A stretch of DNA of 57,431 bases, the filler included, from Ionaspis alba (Eukaryota): the NCBI GenBank assembly GCA_964255285.1. It is 6 parts of 6 records of this genome, joined end to end, with 100 filler letters (N's around TTAATTAATTAA, not from the genome) between each part and the next. Parts side by side here need not be neighbours in the genome. Positions count along the whole stretch, not along the records: positions 9,632 to 19,119 come from CAXUUL010000668.1; positions 19,220 to 28,702 come from CAXUUL010000669.1; 4 more parts are not named here. One strand, written 5' to 3'. This document shows, piece by piece, positions 10,474 through 21,310 of this stretch; positions within the stretch are counted from its first letter, which is position 1, and each line of letters starts with the position of its first letter. A program made the translations under genes and the position numbers. A model generated the notes under the pieces. That model ran no database searches, had not been told where the DNA came from, and was given only the letters and a program-made list of their open reading frames with translations.

Positions 10474-12318
10474 CTAATCGTCGTCACTGTCTGATGAGGC
10501 GCCCTCGTTCTCTAGTCTAGAACGAAGTCAGCATTAAAGATATAGAGGACATCTAAGAATGACCAACCTTTTAAGCCGCTCCTCGTTCATCTCCCGATAT
10601 GTACTCCAGCTCAGCAGCAAGAACGCAGCGATGATCAGGATACCTCCACCAATGGCAGCGGCGGAGAGTGCTTGGCCACCTGGGAGAGCCCAGTCGACGA
10701 TGGCGACGAGAAAGATAGTTAGTCTGCGGCACCTTAGTATTGATGATGGAGAGCCATCAGAGGTCAAGACATACAAGGCCGCAACGGAAGAGAGGACGGG
10801 AGAGGTCAAGGATATTAGGACCAAGAAAGAGCCCGAGAATGCTGAAGGCACGTCAGTACTCCAAGCGGTGTGAATTTCTTTGACGGCTTCACTTACTAGC
10901 ATTCGCCAGAACAGAGATTAACAACATCCAAGCCGCCTTACCAGAAGGAAGCTCGAATGTCTCCAACCCAGTGACATGTAAGATCGGTATAGGAATCCAG
11001 AGCACGAACAGTGTAAAGCAACCAATCAAGCTCCCCATAGTCATAGCGAAGATCATGCCCCTGCCAGGACTGGTACCTTCTGGGGGGCACGCCAGCTTTT
11101 TGTATAAAACCTCGTAAAGACCGTATAAAACGCTTCCGATACCGATAATGATGTTGCCTAACGTTCTATTCCGCGCTTCACCACCATCTGGATCTCCCCC
11201 GCCGACTGAGCCGCCTGACTTTCCGCCGTGCTTGGTAGGTGCGGTATCACCGTAGGCTACAATGAGCACTCCGGCTATGGCCACCCCAACGGAAAAGATC
11301 TTGTCGAAGCGAAACTTGTCTCCGAGTAGAGGTATACTAAAGGCATAGGCGAAGAATGCGGAGCAGTTGTAGATGGCTGTAAGATCGCTCGCCGAAGTGA
11401 GATCAACTGCCACGTACCACGATCCTCCAGCGATGGTAAGAGCTGTTGTGACGATTGCGGTCTTTTTCAGGATGTAGGGAATAGGTGATTTATGGGACTC
11501 TCGGGTTTTCAGATGCAGGTCTTGAGATTCCACCATCTGTGCCGTTGTTCGGAGAATATAGGTATGTCGTCGCCAGAATGCTCTCCAGGGCATCTTGCGT
11601 TTTTGTATGCGGAGGATGAGGAGCTGGGCGGGCCATAGCAGTGACCAGGAACCGTGTGTGAAGTATCTACACCACAGTCAGATTCAACAAGTGTCCTTCT
11701 ATCATCACAAAGAGACACTGACAGCATAGAATACGCCTTCTTCCAACCCAGCACATGTTGAATGTAGATAGCCGTCTCCGTCTGTATGACGAAGCTGACA
11801 AGACTCAACAACAAGAAAAACCCAGCATAGGTGTATTTCCTCCTCGTGTGCGACATAGCATTCTCTTCATCTCCTGGAGTAATACTCCGAAACGTAGACC
11901 GGCGACCAGAAAGAGGAGGGCGAGCACCCTCGAGAGAAGAATCGTACGGATGAGCACTCTCTTCCTTGAAGAGTAGAGGCACCTGAGAGCGCCCATCCGT
12001 AGGTCTGTGCATGGGAGGTCTTTCCGCCATGTCGTCTATGCCTTCCTCGGATTCGTTATCGCTGTCAGAGAGGGAAGCCTCCCGTGGCTGAGCACTTGAT
12101 CCACCAAAACCAATCCTACCCGACGCCTGATGTTTCGCCCGCGAGCGACCGAGGTTTAGAGGTGAAGGCCGCCGTGGTGGTGGAGGGATCGCGGATTGGT
12201 TGGGAGAACGGTGGCCTGATGCTTCAGAAGGGGGCGTGTGGATGACGGACGTGGTGGTGCTGGTTGGCGAGCTGGCTTCAGGGACTTGGAGAGAAGCCGG
12301 GGTAGGCGCGGTGGTCAT
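10474..12318 (-). CDS. Drug/metabolite transporter (EamA/SLC35F-like), multi-exon
   Basis: Disordered N-terminus then about 10 hydrophobic segments (FFLLLSLVSFVIQTE, SWYVAVDLTSASDLTAIYNCSAFFAYAFS, LYGLYEVLYK, LISLTSPVLSSVAAL). Last exon LENEGASSDSDDD*. Confidence 0.85.
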
Positions 12319-13192
12319 GCATGCGTATCAGGAGATAAAGGGAGCGCAATCGCTGTAGGCAGGAGTAGAAGAGTTAGGGAGTGTGGGATTCGTAACATGC
12401 AGTTGTGGTTCGTTGAGATGGTGTCATTCCGATGTCTGCTCAACCGATGCGCCTGGTTGAGCGAGGGCTTATTCTGTCCAATCAGGGCTGTGCATTTTGG
12501 ACCTCGAAAGTCGACTACTCTATCTTAGTAGGCACCTACAAGCAAGCCTCTTACCAAAAGGAGCAGATGACCTGTGGATTTGGTCTCTCGGTGCTATTCG
12601 GAGGATCAGGTATGCTCGACAGTCTCATGATTGAAGAGTCCCGGATACCCATCCCACTTCTACACACTGATCTCGAAACTATCTTTAACATTAAGCATAA
12701 CGGATTGTATTATCACCGTTTCTCCATAAGAGAACCGAATTATATCATCGAGAAGATTTCATTCAATGCATCGTGTTGTTCATTATCAGCCAGACCGAAG
12801 TCCTCTCAGATTCTGTCAATTTTCTATGCACCGTTTGAAAGAGCCTGATCTATCGTATTTCACTCCTCTGAACTGAACGAGAATATCCACTGAGTGCATC
12901 AAAGCAATGAATTCCTTACTCTGTTACCGTACCTGACAGCGTCCTCCACGCTTCAAGCATCTATAGATCCGCTTCAGATAGACTTCCCGGCACTCACGCG
13001 GTCCTTCAGGAACCGATCAGGTGGTTTGGAGTGAATCTGACAATCAGGAAAGCTTGAAGGCAACCATCCCCTTACCCACTTCTATTCCACACCAGAATCT
13101 CGTAAGCTCGTTGCCCAGAACTCTGCGGGATTTCAAACTCACACTCATATAGCTCATCTGCAGATCTCCTTTGACTCCCTGGACGGCTCCGT

Positions 13193-13579
13193 TCAGGTCC
13201 ACTGGGTCGTATCCCTCCCAAACGCCCTATCCATCCGCCTTAGGCAGTTCGTATCTGCAGAAGTCCTTCCCAGGCATTCTCCAGTCCTTCCTGGCCCATT
13301 TCTCTCTCTCCACCACTCCGTCCCCCCGCTTGCCGCCTCTTCAACTACCACCCTATCCATCCACTCATTACCCTTGCTCTTCCAACTTCCACCATAGGCT
13401 CGTCTCAGCTCCAGCCGAGCAGCCTCAACATTTCCCCTCGCGCTACCCTCATCCTTCCTCTCAGCCACTCGGGCCACGTCCGCGCTTTCCCTCATTCCCT
13501 TTGGTAAAGGGAGAACGCGTGTGCGCTTCTGCGCTTCGAGCGTCGCAAGATGAATATCTTGATTGCCGATTTGACTCAT
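13193..13579 (-). CDS. Hypothetical protein or decayed gene
   Basis: ATG 13579 in an atcATG context with a TATA-like run about 150 bp upstream; 128 codons; no recognisable domain. Confidence 0.25.
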   Translation of the reverse strand: MSQIGNQDIHLATLEAQKRTRVLPLPKGMRESADVARVAERKDEGSARGNVEAARLELRRAYGGSWKSKGNEWMDRVVVEEAASGGTEWWRERNGPGRTGECLGRTSADTNCLRRMDRAFGRDTTQWT

Positions 13580-14053
13580 GATGATCGTGGTCAGTGGCAG
13601 TCTGGATTTGACGTGAAATTGCTTGACTAGTGTTTTCAAGATGTGAAGAGTATGGGACAATTTGATATATGTTAAAAAGATGTGGAGAGGATTAGGAATT
13701 GTTCATTCTACAAGAGATGTGCATCTGGGACTATATATATGTGGTAATTCTGGCAAGAGAGGGTAGTCGATATTGAAATTTCAATTCCGACTATAAAAAC
13801 AATGGATTAGGTTTATCCTTCCTTGCCAAGTGCACATCTTCCGTGGAACCACAGCTGAAGTGGTCTCAAAGAAGTATTGACAGATCCTGTTCTATGAGAG
13901 CGGAGAACAATTTCGGGATCCCTGTGCTCCAGAGTGCGGTTCATCAGAGTGTACACTCACGAGTTACTCGCTTCAACTGGGTTTCCAGTCGAATATGGGC
14001 ATAATCAATGCCGACGTCGTGACGGCATTGCCGTGGTCAATGTGCATACATTC

Positions 14054-14072
14054 ATATATATATATATATATA
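14054..14072. repeat. (AT)n microsatellite
   Basis: About 9 consecutive AT units. Confidence 0.9.
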
Positions 14073-14979
14073 AGCTAGTAGATTTTAATGACAACGGGAA
14101 GCTACGCCCACGCATGGGATCTGTCTTCATAGACATTTTCCTCGTGGTATAATTGTAGAAAGAGGACCCAAAATCTGGTAGAATTTCCCTTCAGAAGTTA
14201 TTACTCACAATAGTACCCTGTCTTCTCCGGAAGCCCGCGAGTATGCCTTGTCGAACACTTTCCGATTCCATGACTATGCACGTCTTCAGCCTCGACCGGA
14301 CTAATGGTGCTCGGGGCAGTGGACTATCAAGGCCCATGAACGGCCAAGTCGCATTTTTTGACGATTGAACGAGTTTCTTTAGAAACGATCGAGTCATTGA
14401 CCAGGCAAAACCGAAGCCCATGAAATTGATTTGAAGGGCAAGACGTCGTCTGATGAGCGAGAACATTGATATAGGTTGCTTATCAACTGCTTGTGCTTAA
14501 GCGAATGAAGTTGCCTGGCCAAGGCGCACTTCCGACCCCGGTGCAATTAGCAGGTTAAAAGTTCTACCTCTGCACTCTCCGCGCATCTTATGGAACAGCA
14601 GCTATCCAAGGATCCAGCCGGCAGATATCTACCCTCGGTAGCTGCGCCGCACAGGTACAGTGAACGTTGTGAGTGGGTTGATAATGTGATAGTTGCTGCG
14701 TTGTCGTAGGAGCTGTCATGCAGCTAGCCTTCAGCTGGAATTGAGATGCAGCCGCTGCCTAACTATGAGTCTGTATCGGCGATTTTGCACAGATCCTTCT
14801 GATTGCAGTTTCCCTGATTCCATTTGGGGGCCATTTCTCTATAAGAAGCACCTCGTCCTCTGATTTCCAAGAAGCAAAAGCACTTCTTGATCCACAACCA
14901 CATTTTTCCTACGTTGCTTTTTATATTCTAGTTCCCAAGAGACAGTCCGGACCCCAGAACATCTGATAGCGTTGTCAAA

Positions 14980-16446
14980 ATGGGATCCCTAGGTCTCCAC
15001 ACTAGTCGTGATGTATTCGCCGAGTTTGAGCAGCACTCGGCCGGCAATCGAGTATCCACAATTGTCGTGCTCAATGCGTCAATCCGGGCACACTATCCCG
15101 AGTACACGGTAACCGCCGTTTCCACCTACACCTGTGACCTGATTGGATTTGCAGGAGCAGGCCATGCCGTTGCGCGCCTCGAACCAAGCGAAGGTCTCTG
15201 TCCCGCTACCAGGGCGTACAATCGGCCTCAAGGGCGGTTTCAGGAGGGCGAAGGAACTTTTTCCAACGAATATTTTTTTGCCAAGTATAAATATACCTGG
15301 GAGGGACACAGCTTCATCGTTTATTGTTCCGAATGCGCGAGTGGAAATGATGGATCCCAATTATTCAGCTTCATAGTCTGCAAACCTGACGCCAATGCCT
15401 CGATCTATAGCAACCCTGCTATCGTAGACCGGCTGATGATAGCTATATCGGATTGGAGCTCCGATTCCCAGGACGCAATGTGGGTCTTTGATGATGGTTT
15501 CTGGCGGAAGGATAAAAATCTATACAAGTCGGTGAAGGAAGCAAGCTGGGATGACGTGATTCTAGATATCGACACGAAAGATAAGTTAATGAAAGACGTG
15601 CTCGGCTTTTTCGATTCGAAGGATGCGTACAGGCGGTTTGGAGTACCTTGGAAGGTGCGTGGATCTCGTGCAAACTAATTCCCTGAGATTGACAATGTGC
15701 AGAGAGGTATCATCTTGCATGGCTCGCCAGGCAACGGAAAGACACTCACGATCAAAGCCACCATGAATTCTTTGTTCAATCGTCCAGAACCCATTCCCTG
15801 CCTCTACGTCAAGTCGTTTAGCTCTTGTGGCTCACCTGAGCAATCCATCGCGGGCATTTTCAGCCAAGCACGAGAGCAAGCTCCCTGTTTCTTGGTTTTA
15901 GAGGACCTCGACAGCCTGGTTACGGATGGTATCAGGAGCTATTTCCTGAATGAAGTAGACGGTCTGCAGAGTAATGACGGAATCTTGATATTGGGCAGCA
16001 CAAACCATCGTAAGTCCCAACTCCGATACTTCAGATATTCACGAAGCTAACATCTCTGCCCAGTGGACAAGCTTGACCCGGCCATCGTGAAGCGACCCAG
16101 TCGATTCGACAGGAAGTATCTATTCCGCGATCCAGACGTGCACTCCAGGGTGCTATACGCCCAATACTGGAAGCAAAAGCTGGAGTCCATTGAAGAAGTT
16201 TCGATGTCCGAAGCAGACTGCGCCTCCATCGCCGCCATCACCGAAGGTTTCACATTCGCGTATATCAAAGAAGCTTTCATCGCTACGTTATTCCATCTCT
16301 TCAGTCATCAAGAAGAAGCTAAGGCCATGGTTGATCCGAATCATCCGTCACCTTTCTTCAAGGCCTTTGAAGTGCAGACGACCATGCTGAGGGAGCAGAT
16401 GAGTGAAGGAGAGAAGAAGCCGCTCCCGGTTCTGGTATCTTCATGA
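14980..16446 (+). CDS. Fungal AAA+ ATPase with a single AAA domain, 3 exons
   Basis: Walker A GSPGNGKT, Walker B FLVLEDLD, SRH region STNH..LDPAIVKRPSRFDRK; N-terminal WVFDDGFWRKDKNLY; introns after GVPWK and STNH. Confidence 0.9.
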
Positions 16447-16954
16447 AGTCACGATATCGAATGGCTATTGCTACCTGTCGCAACGATCTGTTGTATGCGA
16501 CTGATTATTTGAAGAGAGCGGAAGGGTAGATAGGTGCACATCTAGAGTTAACATATCGAGGCGTTCTTATATCAAAGCCACAATTATAGCATTGAGTGAT
16601 GAACGAATGAATGTCTTCAAAGCTACCTACGTCGGTGCTATTTGTCCGCCTCGAAGCTACTGACTCGTTCGCCATCACACAGACGCTGGCGTCATTCTCG
16701 TTGTATAAAAACCATGCTTGTCTCCAATTCAGGCTGTCCACATGTCAAGCACAAAGATTGAGGAAGCAGGAAAATATCTCGATGAAAAGAAAATTCCTGA
16801 TCGAAGTCTTCGTTCTTCGACTACAAAGACTATAACACACGCTGCATGTAGACTCTCCGTGGCACCCATGCGTTTTCCCACTCCAGACCAATGTTGCTTC
16901 AAACCAAGAACTCCCACGGTAATGGGGTTTCCAGTGCAAAACCACCGTCCCTAA

Positions 16955-18988
16955 CTACTCCATCGCCCTCCCTCGTCCCATTCGCTCGATATTACTCATG
17001 ATCCCACTTCTCAGTCCCTGTCCGACCACATTTCCACTCGTGGTCCTTGGCTTCATCATCCCAATCCTACTCTCTCCGAGCCCACCTAGACCTCTCCCGG
17101 GTCCGGTGGAGGCTTTCAGCATAGGCGGACGCGAGAGACTAGCTTTAAAGTTCTCGTTGGAAGGTGCTGGCAGAGGCTGTGCCATCGTGGCTGGTGGCAT
17201 AGAGGATTCAAGAAGCAGCATTTCTGAGACGGCAGTAACAAGCTCGCTGTTTTCCTTCCTCGAGGTCTCGAGGTCGGACCGGAGAAGGGCATTGTCATTT
17301 CGGACGGTTTCCATCTCCGTCGCGAGGACTGCCAGATCCGTCTCGAGCGATTCAAGTTTCTTGGCCTGAACGTCCTGTCGGGCTTTTTCCTCTTCACTTG
17401 CTTCGGGCTTGTGCGAGCTAGGAACAACGCCAGACATCGTGGCGTCACGACCAAGCTTCAACTCCTCGTTCTCCTTGGTCACGTCCTCAACTTTGGTCTG
17501 TAGTTCGCGGATGCGCTTTTCCCATCGAGCTTCGTAGCTCTTCTTCAGAGCAGAAACTTTAGTCTCGTGCTTAGCTTTATAAAGGGTATGAAGCTCCCGG
17601 GCGACTTTTTCAACTGCGACTTCGACGGCTTTGTTGGTAGTACCAGAGCCGGGAGTGCTGACATCTCGGGATGTCCCTGGGGCGGGAGTTACAGTGGCGG
17701 TACCAGCTTCAAGACCAGCTACTTTGCTTTCCGCCTCGGCCGCTCGAAGGTCGGCCTCTTCGCAGCGTTTTTCTAGATCCTTTGTCTTGGTCGCGAGATC
17801 CTGGCGTTCCCTTTCCCCTAGCAGGATCTCTGCTCTGATGTCATGAAGGACCTTTTGCATTTCCTTGTCGCGTCTCTCCCATTCAAGTTTCTCCGTTTGG
17901 AGCTGTTCTTTCGCGTTTTGATGCTCGAATGATTCATCGAGGACGTCGCCAACACGTCGCTCAGCGTTATCTTTAGCCTCTTTAAGACTGGTGATCTCAG
18001 CTTCTTTACCGCTGAGGGTAGCACGAAGGGAGGAGATTTGTGAAAGGTAGGAGGATTTAAGATTTTCGAGTTCGCGAGGAGTGATTGTTGGCACAGAGCG
18101 TGGTGTCGGAGCTGGAGGAAGGTCAAAGTCGAGAAGGTTTGTTAGGTGCCGTGCTTCCGAGGGTGATGCAGGCTGCAATCTTTCTCGCGTGGGTGAGCGT
18201 TGTCCATGGCTCGCAGCATAACCACTGACGTCCGGTTGTCTTTGAGATTTGGATGGTGAAGGGCGGGAAGCACGTGTTGGGGAGCGATTCGAAGGTTGAG
18301 AGTACGATGGCAGTTGACCGGTAAATTCAAGAAGAAGATTTGTGGTATCATCTGAGTCGGTCGGATGGGCGCGCCTAGGTGTAGGAGATGAGGGTATGTC
18401 GTCGTCGTGGTCACGTCTTCTGGCTGTGCCAGGGGTGGTAGGTCTGCTACGGTGAGGAGATCGATCTGAGTCGCGATATCTCGAGCTCTTGCTTGGACCG
18501 CTAGTCTCACTCCTTGTGGGAGATCGGTTGTTGCGTGGAAGCATGGGTATGACTGAAAAAGTGCTGTCGTCTGCTCCGATGTAATTCTTCGCACCTCCAG
18601 CCATTGACATTGTCTCATGACCGGCCTCAGAAAATACTTGAGTCTTGGTGCCATGCAACTCTTGGATCACTCTTGTAAGACCTTCGTTTTCTCTCAAAGC
18701 ATTTTCTGTAAGAGGTATGCATTCTGGACTAGGCTTCTTCGGCGAGGGTTGCTTGCTAGGATTTCTAGGTTTTCCGGGGGAACGGAGTGTCAAATCGACA
18801 TCTTCGACAAAGGGCGAGCTGGGAGGCAAGGTATCGTCCTCGTGAAAGGCATTCTCATGATTATGATCCATGGTGTAACTTCGAGATTCGATTGTGGTCA
18901 GACTCTTGTAATTGTTAGTACGCGCGATAGTTGCTGGAGAACGAACGTTTTGGCCCGAAGCGGATAGCGGTGACAAAGGGAGAGCCAT
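16955..18988 (-). CDS. Coiled-coil protein with a Slk19/fungal TACC-type domain (spindle/kinetochore-associated)
   Basis: Single long ORF with an S/P-rich N-half and coiled coils. The motif AVEKVARELHTLYKAKHETKVSALKKSYEARWEKRIREL matches my recollection of the Kinetocho_Slk19/Fungal_TACC Pfam consensus. Confidence 0.75.
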   Translation of the reverse strand: MALPLSPLSASGQNVRSPATIARTNNYKSLTTIESRSYTMDHNHENAFHEDDTLPPSSPFVEDVDLTLRSPGKPRNPSKQPSPKKPSPECIPLTENALRENEGLTRVIQELHGTKTQVFSEAGHETMSMAGGAKNYIGADDSTFSVIPMLPRNNRSPTRSETSGPSKSSRYRDSDRSPHRSRPTTPGTARRRDHDDDIPSSPTPRRAHPTDSDDTTNLLLEFTGQLPSYSQPSNRSPTRASRPSPSKSQRQPDVSGYAASHGQRSPTRERLQPASPSEARHLTNLLDFDLPPAPTPRSVPTITPRELENLKSSYLSQISSLRATLSGKEAEITSLKEAKDNAERRVGDVLDESFEHQNAKEQLQTEKLEWERRDKEMQKVLHDIRAEILLGERERQDLATKTKDLEKRCEEADLRAAEAESKVAGLEAGTATVTPAPGTSRDVSTPGSGTTNKAVEVAVEKVARELHTLYKAKHETKVSALKKSYEARWEKRIRELQTKVEDVTKENEELKLGRDATMSGVVPSSHKPEASEEEKARQDVQAKKLESLETDLAVLATEMETVRNDNALLRSDLETSRKENSELVTAVSEMLLLESSMPPATMAQPLPAPSNENFKASLSRPPMLKASTGPGRGLGGLGESRIGMMKPRTTSGNVVGQGLRSGIMSNIERMGRGRAME

Positions 18989-19119
18989 GCTCAATGTGAC
19001 AACGAAAAAGTGAAAACGCGCGAAGTCTCCTGGAAGAATCTAGTGCTAATTGCATAGACAGATACGAAAGAATGGACATAGTGCGGATCTCGCAAGCAGA
19101 AAGTAAACAGAGCTAATGG

Positions 19120-19219
19120 NNNNNNNNNNNNNNNNNNNNNNNNNNNNNNNNNNNNNNNNNNNNTTAATTAATTAANNNNNNNNNNNNNNNNNNNNNNNNN
19201 NNNNNNNNNNNNNNNNNNN
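19120..19219. other. Artificial contig linker
   Basis: 44N-TTAATTAATTAA-44N. Confidence 0.97.
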
Positions 19220-20771
19220 GTGGGCGGTTGTTGGAGGGATTCCCAGGTTTGGCGCTCGGTTTGTAGACTGTTTGCGTTAGCTGTGTGCTTTGAAGGGCTA
19301 GTTAGCGATGTAGAGGGAAAGCTTACCGGGCTATTTGTTGCTCGAGTTCTTCGATCTTGGCGGCGTTGGCAAGGTTCTTGGGGTTTGGCTTGGGAGTTTG
19401 AGGGGGTGGTGCTGTTTCTTCTTCCTGAGGTGGTTGTTAGCTGTGTGATAGGGGGATTGGCGCAGTCGGGAGATATTACTCGTGAGAACCAATCTGACAT
19501 TTCGGATTTCGCGGAGAAGTCTTTGAGCAGTTGTTGCTGGATTTCACGGGCTGAGGCTGTTAGCTTTGGTCTATGTGGAGTATGGGAATCCGGAGAGGGA
19601 ATTACCGGCAAGCTTTGCATGGCTGTCCTCCGAATCGAACGATGGCTTTTCTCCAAGAGCCCTCGTCCCGCACCATGTCAGGAGCTGCTTCATCCGCCGT
19701 GGTTCTAGCAGATCACTGGCGATGTGCTTGTAGAATTCTGAGCTTTCGACTTCGTCGTGAGGTAAAGCTTTACCACTGTTAGAGTCCCCTTCTCCACATT
19801 CTCATCGAGGTAGAATTTTACCGTTTGATTTCCCGCTATCTATCAAAGAGCTCGCCCTTCTTCCACGCATCCCGAGACTGCTCCTTCGACTGCCGTCTCC
19901 ACCTCCCTTCCGCATCTCTTTATTCCGCCGTATTATTGGTGTATCGGCAAATGGCAACGCGATCTTCGTGACATCCCTCGATCCGTCTATAGGTTCCACT
20001 TGGACTTGCGATGTTCCTCCCACAATATCCACTGTATCTTGCGGTTCCTGGTCTACTTGTGCAGTATCCGTTTCATTCTCTTTACTGACCGCAGGCTTCG
20101 GAGCAGGTTTTTCTTTCGGTCTCCGCTTCTTGACTTCCAAAGGCGGAGGTTCCACTATGGTCTTGTCTCCACTGTTCCGTGTACTCCTCCGCCGCTTTGG
20201 CTCAGGTACTGTAGTCTCCGCTGGCACAGCATCCACCAACTCGTAAGATTTCTTCCGCGACTTTCTCGAATGAGCTGCTCTCGGCGCGTCTTCACGCACT
20301 TCTTCCAATACGGGCTCTGGAAGCTTTGGAGGAGGCGCTGCTTTGGCCCGCTTTGATCGAGTTCGTGTGAAAGCAAATCCATCGTCCTCTTCATCGTAGT
20401 CTGTATCCCAAAATCAGCTCAATCTACACTTGCTTACTTCGTAGCACGCCTATTCCTCCGATTGTTCGAACCAACACAGATGCTGTTCTTGACGGGCAAG
20501 AAGCATTGTACGCACCATGTTTTCTTTTTGCCCTTCCACCGGACGCCGTGCTCCCAGTACCATTCGCGCCAGCTTTCCCTCCTCTTGAACTCGCACCATT
20601 CGTCTGACTTGCTTTCCCTTTCTCCGCTGCGTGTCCAACCCCGTTCACGTATGGCGCGTCCTCCTTGTCCGCTAACCTGTCGCTCGTTCTCCGTGTACTC
20701 CGCCGCAAGTCCACCATCGTATGCGAATTCGTGAGCAACTGCAACGGAGAGCGCGTCGCGTAGGCTGTCAT
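19220..20771 (-). CDS. mis13: Kinetochore Mis12-complex subunit Mis13/Dsn1, multi-exon, 3' end cut by the contig edge
   Basis: TKIALPFADTPIIRRNKEMRK...RRSSLGMRGRRASSL, then ALPHDEVESSEFYKHIASDLLEPRRMKQLLTWCG, AREIQQQLLKDF...SDWFSR and PNPKNLANAAKIEELEQQIAR. Confidence 0.85.
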
Positions 20772-21310
20772 TGATACTGCTGTAGGCGGTGATGGTTGCG
20801 GTCGCTGAGTCGAGTGATTTGGCGCGTGTCGCACACCTAATATCGTGTCGGTCGGATCTTGAATGAGTGACCGGGTAAGGATAATTGATCCTCCACTATG
20901 TAAAAGCTGGCGACGATTGAGTCCGAATCGTCAGTAAAGTTTAGAGGACGGTCATTGCTGCAGGCGAAGGGAGCCCTCGTCGTCTGGGGTTGAGGGGGAG
21001 GAGAGCATTCGGTCGGCAATGTTTTGGTCTTGGCACAGCTGGTCCATCACGCTAGCCATTTCGGTACAAGTTTGAAAAAGTGACGATACCTTCAAAAGTG
21101 TCGGGTAGGGAGCAGGAATCAAGATTGTTTACTTGCGAGCAAAACTTTGTGAAACCATAAAGTGAGTGTGTTTCTGCCATACTTTTATATGTCGATTACT
21201 CCTCGTTTATTTCGCTATTACTCTATCCACAATCATTGACGACCCAATGTACCAGAGCCTTCCAGGTCATCTCCATAAAGACTTCTATCTTCAGTTTCCG
21301 GCTAAGTGTC

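Noticed and set aside
15890..15915. Non-standard Walker B (LEDLD) in the AAA ATPase
   Set aside because: An ED-type Walker B is normal for this and BCS1-like AAA subfamilies.
16955..20771. Apparent kinetochore gene cluster (Slk19/TACC-like next to Mis13/Dsn1, with CENP-L also in the window)
   Set aside because: The genes lie on different contigs separated by artificial linkers, so the proximity is coincidental.
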